Below the pieces are notes generated by a model. It was not told the origin of the DNA, made no database searches, and worked only from the letters and a program-made list of their open reading frames with translations. From NCBI GenBank assembly GCA_964199315.1, contig OZ116711.1:3596001-3660000 (forward strand): a stretch of DNA of 64,000 nt, given 5' to 3'. The translations under genes and the position numbers were made by a program. Within the stretch, counting starts at the first letter, position 1. Each line of letters opens with the position of its first letter. This DNA comes from Orbicella franksi. Taxonomy: Eukaryota. This document shows, piece by piece, positions 10,300 through 21,916 of the stretch.

Positions 10300-13150
10300 A
10301 ACTTTCAGGTTGTTTAAATACATTGAATTTTTTTCGAGGTTTATTTTAAAATTGTCACGTAACAATCGTTGGTAGCTCAGTCAATTTCGTTATACATGAA
10401 CGTTACAAAATAGCCAGGAAAATTGACAAGATATAGGAAAGCTCCACTATGTGAATTCTGAGCCATTCAGGTCTTGGATGACTAATGCGAAGTTGATTTA
10501 TCAGCAGGAACGAATTTATAATTTTATGTATACACTTGCTCGAACAGGCGTCACCGGAAACAGTAAAAAAATATCCTGGCTACCTCAGGTCACATCTTTA
10601 GGCGTTTAATGTTCAATAACACGTCTAGAGACCAACTGAAGCGCATGCAACGCAGATTATCTGTTGTCTATACATTGCTTAATCCTTTTATTACCCAACT
10701 CTGAAGAACTGTTGTAAGAAATGTTGCCTTTGAAATTTTGTATAAACCTTCCTTACTTCCTTGAGCTGAATTTCAACTGTGTCTGAACATAACTGAGCAG
10801 TGAGTCCACGAAGTGAAAGCGTACAAATATATTTTTTTGAAGTCGTAAAGCTGGTTTAACTGGTTAGAGACTCCTGTTTGAAAAAATCTTCTTAGCACCA
10901 TGGGGTGAAATACATTTTTTGTTTGGATATTACTTGGATTCTAAGTCAGAGAATTTGCACCGAATAGAAAGAAGGACCTCTTCGACTGAGAACTTCAACA
11001 GCTGCAGTGTGTTCGGTCACATGTGCATAGGCGTTGTATCTTAGTTCAATTCTTAGCGAAATTTCGCAGTTTCCGTTTGGACGGGAATGTTACGACCTGA
11101 CCCTTAAATCAATACCCTGTCTCCGACCGGCCTTATAAAGCCATTGTTAAGGGCTTTTGCTAATGGTCTTATCGATAATGATGAAAGAGTAGCTTCTGAA
11201 AAAAAAACATACCAAATTCAAGACTAGAGTGCAAAAGCTATACCCTATTTGAGACCATAATGGTCAACATCGATACATGTACCCTATTTCTGACCAAAAC
11301 GGCTAAAAAAACCATTCCCTTCGAGTTCGGGGCACGCTCATACTTATATTTCCCATTCAAGGGAGAAACCCTTAACCAAGGAAATATAGGAAATGTCTGT
11401 AGGCGTGCCGTGGGATGTGTCTGAAAAGGTCAGAGTTGTCAACAGAAACCTAAACTAACTGTAGCGTTCTACTCAGATCAATTTACTATCAAATGTTATC
11501 CCCGGGTATATTTTCAAGGTAATATAAGAAAGTGTCTGTGGGCGTGTAGTGGGATGTGTCTGAATATATCAAAGTTGTGAACAGAGGCTTAAGCTGTAGT
11601 GTGCTACTGAGATCAACTCAGTATCGTATTTTATCCTGTAAACATTCTATTCCATGTATGAATCCAGGCTCGCGGTTACTATCAAGTAAAAGTCAAGCAT
11701 TCAATAGTTTTTAATGCGTATAGATCAAAAAACTTAAAACAATGTTTGTCGCTCTCGCGTGATCAAACGAGTTAGAGGACTACGGAAAACTAGTTAAACC
11801 GGTCTTGCAGAGCACAAACAACGTTAGGTCGCTTCGTTATTTGTACGGGTTTAGCGAGTTATCTGTTGTCTACGGCATGGATAGGAATCATATTGTATTA
11901 AAATCGGGATATTCTATTGCATCGTGTCAGAAGACGTAAGAAATCTTCGGAAAATTCGTAACTGTGCACAAACTTCAAATACCCGAGGTCTAACGGCTTG
12001 TATTATCCCTCGTGTTTGTGAAATATTTGACAGTGTTGCATAGCAAACCGTAAAATAACCAGTAAATATGTATAACTGAGATAAGAGACAATCACGACGT
12101 GTCTTCTGAATAAGTTCGTTGTTTTGTTCTCCAGAAACCTTTACTGTTTTGCAGCACACAATGATTCCTTGGCGAAACTAAAACACGTACGGACAGATAG
12201 CGATGATAACAAAGAGAGTCTGGATCCGGGGGTACTCTACAACGTTTCGCACGGGGAGGCCTCGCTCTTAGGTCCAATCCAATTACCTTCTTGTTTACCA
12301 CTTTGACAGAAAAGGTGCCACTTTCGGGCGTAGCCTCCCCCTATAGGTTGTTATAGGGAGTACCCCCGGGATCTGGATGACCCCGCGATATTGTCGATTT
12401 ATTTTACCACAGACAGAACAAACTAAAATTACATATAGAAGGTTCCCGGTAACTAGAATTCAAGTGGGATTCGTTTAGAAGCAAACATGTCCGTAATGGC
12501 CAGTGTACATTCACTTACCATAAATATTTTGCTGAAGCTGGGATAAAATCCGAGTCGGAAAATATCTGCACAAAGGCTCCAGTTCGAGCGAGATGAGTTC
12601 ATATATTCACCTAGTGCGAAAAATGAACGGATGTCGATGTGACCAAGAAAAAAATCTCAGTTTCCACGTGAAGATCTGGATGGCTGCGTCGTTTATACAA
12701 ATAGCACTGGACTAAACTATTAAATCACGCTGCGAAGAGTGAGCAGTACGTGATGTTATGATAAAATATCATTTACATGCGTTGCCAAGTCAAGTTGAGA
12801 GTAAATCTTCGGCAGCTGGGAAGGATATTTCTTTGTTCCGTCTGGTTTGGCTTTATAACTCGTGTAAACAAACAAACGCTGTTTTAGCACTACATGAATG
12901 TGCAAGTGTTAGATAGCATGATGTGATGAAATTATAATTTCTATGTTACTATATTGTTCTTTAGCCTGTTCAGTCTTTTTCCATGTACTTGCGCTACCCT
13001 TATATGGATACTTAACCTTCTGATTCTCAACAGTGATAAGCCGCTACAGGCAATGTGGGAGTCTGGGCCTTTCAGTCCCTTATATGGAATTAATACTAAG
13101 TTCGGCTGTGAATCTATTAAAACAATTCCCTTTTCTTTTTCTTTGGTTAT
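10300..13150 (-). pseudogene. Decayed LRR gene, paralog of 1750-4500
   Basis: Duplicate of the copy-1 remnant. ORF 11914-12159 contains IQAVRPRVFEVCAQLRIF, and LDVLLNIKRLK lies near 10600. Same two MITE insertions. Confidence 0.5.
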
Positions 13151-14319
13151 TTTAAGCAGGTCAAGAAGTTAACGAGCTGATTGTTTCTGAAAGCTTGATT
13201 TATTGACTTCAAACCATGAATTCCAAGACGAATTATGGTATAATAAAAACAAATTAAAATAAGTTTCATGTTGATCTTCGCCTCAAGTGCAATGAGAGGT
13301 TAAGCACGTCCACATTTTTTTTCTTTTCGCCAGTCTAAGACTATTTCAGTTGTTCAAGTGGAGATTTTTTCATATATATGATCGGAAATCCAAACTTAAA
13401 TTACTAGTGACTGACGAAACTAATATCACAATAAATTTGTGATAAGACTGAAAAACCTCGAAAGAAGACGTGGAAAGATGAAGATGGGAAATGTCGAGAA
13501 TGCATATCCAGCTGTTTTTATTCATTTAATCAATATGGTTTGAAATCAGTAACTTCCTTTGTACTTAAGTCTGATCTCAAATTCTTGGCTCGGGCTCTAA
13601 CGCACCCACCTGAACAAAGGAAGGCGAGATTAGAATGCGAAGCTCGTAAGCAACACAGGAACACAAGATGGGTTACGAGGAGTTATCAACACGTATTTCT
13701 CCATACTCTGTTAGTTCATTGTACACTAAACAGGTGATGAGAATGCAAAAATCATCAACCAAGGAATGTTATTTCGATATTAGCGCTGATTTTATTTTTC
13801 TTGCTTTTTAACATTTCCAAAACCCAGTGATATATATTATTGCCGTTCTTGTCTCAGAAGTTCTTGCCATTCTTGTCATTCATTATCTCAAAAGTACAGA
13901 AGCAATAATTGTGTATTGCCTTTTCAGGCACTGTCTACTTTCTTGTATTCAGTCGTCTTTGAAAAACATCAAGAAATCGTTGATATGCGACATTTTAACT
14001 GCAAGGAATCTCTCTAACACAGAAACGTCACGTCTCTAACTACCTTGTGGTAATGCTAAGCAGTTCTTTCTCACTAACACTTTGACTGTCATGGTACTAC
14101 ATCTACCAAAACTTTCGACAGTCACCTCGAAACGGTTGACTGTTGACTGTCACGGAGCTGTTGATTGACAGGTAAATGTTGAGTATCACCAAGCTCATGA
14201 TTAGCTGTCACGGAACAGTACGAAGTTGTTGACTGTCACGTTCAAGAGAGTAGTAATGAATTTCCGTGGACTATAACCTAGAGGATTTTGAAAGCAGTCA
14301 CGAAATTCTTTGCCTCCTG

Positions 14320-14901
14320 TCATGAAACTGCCGACTCTAGTGAACAAAGACTGTCAACACTGCCACTAACGCTTGGGATCTTTGAGTATGTGGCTCGTCT
14401 ATTCCAATAATTCAGTTCTCTGAAGGACAATACCAATGCTAGCATGGTCAAAATCGCTGTAGCTGCGAAAAGTCCCACCAATATGACCAGATAACCGTTA
14501 CGCTGGAAAATGCTCCGACACGTGACTGGAGTCGCTTGGTTGCATTCCTTTCCGTTACACTCTTTCACACAGCGTTTGGCGTTACACGTGAACGAGCATG
14601 CTCCAGAAAGACACTGCTGCCTACAATAACCGACGTCGCTAGTACACTCCATGTGGCAGTTATGACATCTTTGGTAACAAGTCCCGGATGTGCACGTCAT
14701 TTTCTTACATTTTGAGCCATCGCAGGCCTGGTTACAGGTAGCGTATTGTGAGTCTCCGTACGTAACGCCACACTTGCATGACACGTCACTGCACTGCTGA
14801 AAACAAGTGTTTGATACTGTGACGTTGCAGTTTTCTGTTGATGACGCGTCAACTACAGCAGCCAGAAGAAATTCTGTGATAATCACAATGAAGCAAAGCA
14901 T
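14320..14901 (-). CDS. Cys-rich type I membrane protein, paralog 2, 193 aa
   Basis: 11 aa differences from paralog 1 and all 20 repeat Cys retained. Acceptor ctctttacag lies 8 nt before ATG 14901, so the ORF-track extension MYLFTDTK is largely intronic. Confidence 0.88.
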   Translation of the reverse strand: MLCFIVIITEFLLAAVVDASSTENCNVTVSNTCFQQCSDVSCKCGVTYGDSQYATCNQACDGSKCKKMTCTSGTCYQRCHNCHMECTSDVGYCRQQCLSGACSFTCNAKRCVKECNGKECNQATPVTCRSIFQRNGYLVILVGLFAATAILTMLALVLSFRELNYWNRRATYSKIPSVSGSVDSLCSLESAVS

Positions 14902-15239
14902 CTTAGTGTCTGTAAAGAGATACAAAATGATAATGGGAGGTTATAGCTTTTTCTTGTCAAACTAAAGTTAAAGAATGATTGACACGTAATTCATGTATGC
15001 AGGATCCGTGTCAATAATGGCCTTGATCACCATGAATCTTTCTGTGGCTCAGTGGATACTCGAGTAGAGCGCCCCCGCCAGGCCTTCGGGAGATCTTTGG
15101 CGCTGAATCCCGTTGGGGACTCAGAATTTTTTTCCTTTGTCACACGCTGTTGACATGATGAACATTACATCTAGTTTCTCCTTACTGTCCTAATAGATTT
15201 TCAAGCAGAAAATAAACAGAATAAAGAAAACCATCAACT

Positions 15240-17100
15240 AAGAGATACTGCCTTGATATAGCACTACATGAGCACTAGCACTGTGATAACATAGTAGCGA
15301 GAATTTATTTTGAGTTTCACTGGTTCGGTGTGAATTGACTGGCGAGTGTGTGCTGAGATCTACAGCTAAAACCCGTCGGAATTCCGATGTGGTGTCCCCA
15401 CCTTCTGTCTTCGGCTCCATCTCAAAATATCCAAATTTATTTAAAATTGAGGGAATGTTTCGTGTACAACAGAAACCTCGCGTTGCTTAGATTTAAGTCC
15501 TAAGGCCGTACGAGGTTCTTCCAAGCTCAGTATTGTGTTAGCCGATTTCTGTCAAACATCCCTTCACTTTTCCGATTGCGATCTGATAGTGACGGAATCA
15601 ACTGTCATATAGGGCAACGTTTAAAAATTCTTCGACGACGGTTACAATTCAATTTATCCAGGCTCTTAGCTCTTCGCAAACCTCTTATACACACTGAACT
15701 GAAGAAAGATTGCATGTTGAAGCAGAGTCTACCAGCTCGCTATTGAGTTACAATAAGCCATTAGATTTAAACAACGTACTTTGCTTTCTGTGCTTCTATC
15801 AGCTTTCGACAATCTTAGATCAACTTATTTCAAGATTCAATTCGAATTAACTCAATTATCTTTGCGACGGTGGCAGCCAAGAACTTAGACACATCGAAAC
15901 ACAATGTTCCTGAACTACTTATTTTATAACTACTTACCTCAGATTGTTTTATCGTAAAGTTCAGAAGATGTCTCCAGCTAAGTGTATTGCACGGAGAATT
16001 CAAGATAATTACAATCGCTGAATTTACAAGTTTAAACTTGTTTTACCAAATGGGCGTTGTAACACGCTTCCGACAAACAGATTGGTGAAACTTGAGTAAA
16101 TTCTGAAAATAGGCATGGATGTCACCACCGTTATTTGTTTCAAGACGACCTCATGCAGACAATTTTCGAAAAGAAAATAACGCTCTTAATTAAGGAGAGA
16201 TTATTTTTGGTATGGGACTTTAAACAAAGCGATATTTTATTCGTATTTTCTTTTTGCCAAATATTTAGCCTCCCACTCGCTATTATCAACATATTTACAA
16301 CCACAGAATTTCTCCTCCTTTGTAGGACAATGGAAACTAGATATCATTCTAACAAGTCTTGTGACTGAAAAAAATAACTTTTGAACTTGCACAATTAAAA
16401 CCGGAAAGGAAGTAAAACTGACCTTTTGTCTTTCCAAAATTAAGCCTAAGACTTGTCCAAAGCGAAAATGCTTTCGACCACATAGTTCCAAGACCCTTAA
16501 AGTATCAAGGATAAAAGAGAAATCAGGAGAGAAATGTATCTCTTGGAGCTGAAATATTCGTGACATGAAACATGCATGCTAAGCAAAGTTAATTTTGGTT
16601 TTCAACCACGTGGGCGACACTAAAAACCTCAACTTGAAGAGGTGCAAAACCGATTTCCTGATTTCGTTTTCGTATCATTGGAACACAAGTTCAAGAGCTT
16701 CTCTACGCCCACATACTTTCGACTAGAGTGAACCACATAGTAGGAGAGCATTCCCAGAAGAAACTTATGCTTTTGGTCTTCCAGATATAAGTAAAATACT
16801 TTCCTCTTGTTAGATTCCTGTTATATGACGCTTGGGTAACGAGCTGTCAGAGCTCATATCCTGAACAAACCCATATATCGTGTTTGAGACATGCTATATA
16901 CTATTTCAAGACAGAAAACCCTGAAAACAATACCTTATCGACTGACACGTGCGCCAACGAAAAAGACAAACAGGAGAGTGGCTAGTTCCCCCTCTGGACT
17001 GTTAAAGCAGTACAGTCATCCGCGATCGATATGTGCCCAAATAACAAGTAAACAGGAAATTGTTTCTTCATTGAAAAGCAGCTTTAACTTTATCACAACT
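15240..17100 (-). pseudogene. Decayed LRR gene remnant upstream of paralog 2
   Basis: Fragments VEKLLNLCSN (~16700), FKGL...AFSLWTSLRLN (~16440-16500), LK*VDLR...KVRCLNL (~15760-15835), DLNLSN (~15480-15500). The 3' end is shared with the 6690-8150 remnant. Confidence 0.4.
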
Positions 17101-17612
17101 GATAAAAGGATTTACTTAAATAGACTTTGATAATCACAGAGATTATTCAGAGAGCATTTCAAAGGAGCCCGAGCCAATTTAAAAAAGACAACACTCACAT
17201 TTTCAAGTGTTGTGCCCAGGACCATGATTTGTCGGTCATACTCGCTTCCTATTTCCTCTTTTTCTGAGTCATGCTAACACAACCGTCCGTGAAAAGATTA
17301 CACGTATGTTGAGTCTCATCTTTAACCTGTGCGTTTAAACAGTTCCTTAAACTCTACGCAACATCACGTTGCGTTTAATTGATTACAAATGTGTTTTTTT
17401 CCTTTGAATTGCCGGCTGATTTCACGTCACCAGACGATTGCTATCAACTGCTCAAAACCCGGTGACCGACCTTCAGTATGAGGATTAATATCAATAAATA
17501 TGGAATGTGCCAATAATACTTCCTTCTTAGACTTTAGACCTGAGGCAAGATAAGATCAGTTTCTCTAACAACGCGTCATGATAAAAATCTGGGGGCGTGT
17601 CATATCACCAAG

Positions 17613-17745
17613 TAGCCTGTTCCAGGCTCTCGGTAGTTGGGGACGAGGAAAAAAAAGGGCGAGCGAGGGAAAAAATGAGGGAGGACGTTTTTTTCTCTCG
17701 CTCGTTTTCGCTCGTCCCCAGCTACCGAGAGCCTGGAACAGGCTA
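17613..17745. mobile_element. 133-bp MITE, TAG...CTA ends, 35-bp TIR, perfect 9-bp TSD
   Basis: TIR tagcctgttccaggctctcggtag(t/c)tggggacgag with 1 mismatch. TSD atcaccaag at 17604-17612 and 17746-17754. Confidence 0.93.
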
Positions 17746-18153
17746 ATCACCAAGTGTCTAGGTCACTCCATTAGACCAAGTAAGAGGACCTTGGGAACGA
17801 GGTTGGTTGATACGTACAAAATGTTCAACAAATAAAACCTTTTAAAAAATATTGTTTCAAGGATCGACAATTAAACTTGGAGCGCCGGGCGAGTTTAAAG
17901 CAAAGGTATGGCAGTGCTCAAAACTTTTGGGTCAATTTTTATGCTGCGAAATTCTCTTTATGTTTGATATAGCTAAGATTTTATAATTGCTTAGTTCGGG
18001 GACTACAATTCGAGTTGTAATTCGTTGGCACACTTGAGCGACATATTGAGTTAATGTTAGCTTTAGCCGTCATGTATACCTCGTGTCCATTCGATCGTTA
18101 TATATTGCGGCGGTATTTCTCGTCGCGCGAGCAACCAACGATTAATGGCACTT

Positions 18154-18255
18154 GAGGGAGGGCATGGGGTTTGGGTGTGTAAGGGGGAGTGGGTGGGGCG
18201 TGGATGTGTGAGGGGTGGGGGCGGGGGGTGGGTGTGTGACGGGGAGGGTGGGATG
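18154..18255 (+). repeat. G-rich low-complexity tract (G-quadruplex-capable)
   Basis: More than ten G3-G6 runs in ~100 nt. Confidence 0.75.
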
Positions 18256-18720
18256 TCAACAGTTGTGATAGAGCTATTTAAGAGGAGAGGTTAACCTTGA
18301 CCTATTCACGTAAATTGAATATGATTTAAAACTATTTTACTTGCAAATCCTGAAGTGCGAGCATTGATCGCAAGCTTTATACAAAGAAAGCTGGGCCTGG
18401 AAGAGCTCTGCTTTAATTTCTTGCCACGAGTTAAGGTATAAAATGGACGTGTCGAAAAGGAATTAGCCAAATTTGTATAAAACGCTTTGTTGAAGGAGCT
18501 ATTATGCACAAACGGATGTGTTGCCGGAGAGCTTGTCTGGGTTACCAGCTGCCAACACAAATATTTAAAGATTATGTGCTTGAGGTTAAGAATACAGTTG
18601 ATAGTTATATTGTCACTGAATGTTTTAAAGCCCACGGAATGACCTCATGAATGGGGGTTCGTCTAACTAAGGTCTGAATCTCAATTATCAGTTAGATTTT
18701 AATTCCGGTGATTTCTCAGT

Positions 18721-19109
18721 TATTGCTGGTTTTCAGTGTCACGCAATTCGAAAAAGATCAAAATAAAAAAACAAAACCGGTCAATAGACAAAGTCCAGAA
18801 TCTGGGAAATAAAAGAAGGTAAATATGCAAAGACTCTCGCCAAAATTCTGATCACAGCAATTTTTCTTATCCGAGATATGCGGAGAAATTTTTTACCCAA
18901 ATTTACAGAGATTTGTATGGACACGCCATGTTGGTGCCCCATCTGTCACTGAGTTTTGATACAAAAGCGTGAATTTATCCCTGGAGAAACTCTAAAACAT
19001 TAAAATAATACTTTTTCTAAGACATGAACTGTTCAGATAGCCAAGTTCCCCGAAATGAGTCACTTTTTTAACCATCATGACCGCTCTCTAGGCCGTCATG
19101 TAAATGCCG

Positions 19110-19142
<33 letters not shown>

Positions 19143-19290
19143 GTATCACAAAATCAAGAACCCATTCGGAGCGAAAATTTGTATGAATATTAGTTTTCAG
19201 CTGCTCTTATACATCGTTTAAGTAAAATCTCAGGAAGATCAATAGTTTTGTTGTTTGAATTTTAGTGACGTCATGTGAAAACCAGCTATA
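18721..19290. mobile_element. ~570-bp MITE, second copy at 55561-56137
   Basis: Ends gctggttttca... / ...tgaaaaccagctat. Colinear with 55561-56137, each copy carrying a different internal deletion. Confidence 0.85.
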
Positions 19291-19336
19291 CATAAATTTT
19301 GCAGATCTCGGATCTCAGCTATCCGGCAGAGTTATA

Positions 19337-19637
19337 GGAGCGGTGGCCTCATGGTTAGTGGGCTCGATTTCGGAGCGAGTGGTCCGGGTTCGAGCCCTGG
19401 CCAGGGACACTGTGTTGTGTTCTTGGGCAAGACACTTTACTCTCACAGTGCCTCTCTCCACCCAGGTGTATAAATGGGTACCGGCGAATTTAATACTGGG
19501 GGTAACCGTACAATGGACTAGCATCCCATCCAGGGGGGAGTAGAAATAATCTTAGTCGCTTCATGCTGCAGAAACCGGGATAAGCTCCGGCCTGATGCAC
19601 CACTTGGCTGGTATGCAGACTTACTTTACCTTTTTTT
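19337..19637 (+). mobile_element. Full-length tRNA-derived SINE with CORE(MIR)-like central domain
   Basis: A box tggcctcatgg and B box ggttcgagccc. Segment tgtgttgtgttcttgggcaagacactttactctcacagtgcctc...tataaatggg resembles the MIR CORE. Tail ttactttaccttttttt. Confidence 0.85.
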
Positions 19638-19644
19638 ACAAATA

Positions 19645-20020
19645 AAAAAAGAGTAAATCTTGCTCTACACGGGACTCTTCTGAGGTTAAATTGTTTTTTA
19701 AACGCGATGTCTCGGGCAGTTTTACTGCTCTTCTTCAGGCAACGTATCTCCAGCTCAGTATGACGGACGTTGTAAACAGGAGAGGTTCTGAAAGTTTCAG
19801 AAAAACTGTTAAATAACATTTTTCAGTTCGTGGATATCGATGGCAATCCGTGTTAATCTTCTCCATCCTTATGCATCTTTGTTCCTTAAGTTTATGCTTT
19901 ATTATTATCTCTTTGGTGTTTTTCTACCTTAGTCAACTATTACTTTCAGGTTTCCTTCAATTTAAAAGTAATTTCGTACGTGGCCAGAATAAATCACAAT
20001 ACCGTGGCTGAGCTCCTTAA
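19645..20020 (-). mobile_element. Non-autonomous DNA transposon (TTAA-adjacent end), related partial copy at 31548-31800 on +
   Basis: The reverse complement ttaaggagctcagccacggtatt...cgtacgaaattac matches ttaaaggagctcaggcacagcatt...cgtacaaaattac. Both share ggagaagattaac. Confidence 0.65.
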
Positions 20021-20098
20021 TTTGCGCAACCTTTCTCATATTTGCGCGTTTGTAAATTAATCTCTCGGTGTCTCGCTTTTTAAGTGCTGGAAGCGTAA

Positions 20099-20596
20099 GG
20101 AGGGGGGTGAATAGGGGTATGCAAATCCACCGATCCGTGCCATTTTTTCGCCAAATCCGTCGATCCGCCAATATTTTTGTTCAAATCCGAAACCACAACC
20201 ACATCCGGAAACAGAAGCGTAAAAGTTCAAAGGTAAACTGATAAATGTAAATGCCATTGTTAATTTTGTAAAGAAGGCAACATGCCTGGTGACTATAACA
20301 CAGTACAATTCCAATGACTGTTTAAATGAGCTTCGTTGTTAAAAAGAAATAATTTGGATGAACTCATTAGCATACCGACCAAGGATGAAGAAAGATCTAT
20401 GATTCAAATTTCGTTTAGGACCTAAGATCAGAAAATCAAGACAGGCAGAATCCGGAATCCGCACCAAAATTCAGCTGATCCACGATCCACTGTGTTTTCA
20501 AAATCCGCGAATCCGCTCGATTTACGGCAAAAATCTACAATCCGCGAGCTTTTTAAGGCCAAATCCGTCGATCCGAAAACCTATTCATCCCCCTCC
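20099..20596. mobile_element. ~500-bp non-autonomous element with ATCCG subterminal repeats (Kolobok-like ends)
   Basis: TIR ggagggggg(t)gaatagg / cctattcatccccctcc, flanks gtaa / ttaa, many atccg repeats near both ends. Confidence 0.7.
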
Positions 20597-21594
20597 TTAA
20601 GGTACAATCACGCTTGGATAAAGAATGGATGATAAACAAGTTTGCATGACTTTAGCCAGTCCTCTGCACGTTACAAACAAGTCTGGAAACAAAATCACGT
20701 AGTTAAGCGTCAGGCAAACAGAAAACAGATGAAATTTGGCCGAACAAACTGCATATAAACATAGCAAACAAACACTAAATCAGGAGCTTGGAAAATTTCC
20801 AGTAAAGTCAAGAAATTATTTTTCTGCATGGGCGAGTCATTTCTGCGTACATGAGTCATAAACCTTGTTGACGTTTAGCTTAGGAAATTCGTAATAATTA
20901 TAGATTAAACAGATTGGTGACGTACAGGTAGCAGTGAGCGAGGGATCTCAGCGGGATCATTTTGATTCCCAGTTCCACTGTCAGTGAAAATGTCACAGAG
21001 TGACTTGCAGCCAGCTAGACCAACCGTTGACCAAGGAAACTGACAGCAACAAGTGAATGTATGAAAGATCACATGTATTTGAACTGCGGAAAAAGATATG
21101 AAGACATGACTGATCATCGCAGTTATATGCACGACACAACGAAACTGACCTTGCCACGCCTTTTAGATCGCGACAGTCCCGGAACAAGATTAGAGTTGAA
21201 CCCGTAATCGAGTGGACTTTTTATGACATACACATTGCATTCAGCATGAAGGGACGGGGGTAGTAAAAAACTTTTCCCAGCTCCTAAGTTTCGATATTTC
21301 AACGCGGTCAATACTTTTTTGGTCACGCGGTCCAAGCAGATGCGTCACGAAATGAATTGACCGTGAAAGTCTGGGAGAAAGTTGCACTAGGCAAAGACAA
21401 ACTAACCTATAGATGTCAGAATAGACGCGGTATAAGTTGACGACAGCATAAGGTGAGCTCTAGACGTTTGAGCGAGACTAGAACAGCGCCGGAACTGGTT
21501 TTTACGTCAACGACTGAACTAGACACCTTAATGGTAACTTGAGTCAGAAAAGTTCACATTCTACAGACGTGGAATAATGTTACGATGGTGCTCG

Positions 21595-21916
21595 CATGCT
21601 AGGAAATTAAAAATACACGTTATTGATTCATATTGAATATTACGATTATTTTAATTATTTCATAAGGATATATTCTGTTCCGCTGTAAGTTTCCATTCTG
21701 TTTGTATCTTTATATTTGTGTGTGTGTGTGTGTGTGTAAGTGTGTTACCGACCGATAACTGTATAAATAATCTATGTAACTTAATGTCTGCCCATTCTTT
21801 TTAGCCCTTATGGTTATTTTGGGCAGGCAGTACTCTATACTAATTTAATGTTTATTGTAATTATTTTATAAATTGTGAGTACAAATAAATGGTTGTTGTT
21901 GTTGTTTGTTGTTGTT
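21595..21916 (+). mobile_element. Probable LINE 3' end with (GT)n and AATAAA-(GTT)n tail
   Basis: (gt)n at ~21718-21738, and aataaa followed by (gtt)n at ~21884-21915, the typical layout of a CR1/L2-type 3' end. Confidence 0.45.

Larger units (their letters stand above)
8461..15450. repeat. Segmental duplication, copy 2
   Basis: Colinear with 1-6830. The offset grows from ~8460 to ~8620 through indels. Confidence 0.95.

Noticed and set aside
14902-14925. N-terminal extension MYLFTDTK of the 201-aa ORF
   Set aside because: It starts at a TTG inside a polypyrimidine tract upstream of the acceptor. The ATG at 14901 matches paralogs 1 and 3.
8461-15450. Duplication as an uncollapsed-haplotype assembly artefact
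   Set aside because: About 5% CDS divergence, many flank indels and different upstream sequence favour true paralogy, though read depth is needed to exclude it fully.
19337-19410. tRNA gene
   Set aside because: It has A and B boxes but I could not fold a cloverleaf, and it continues into a SINE body and tail.
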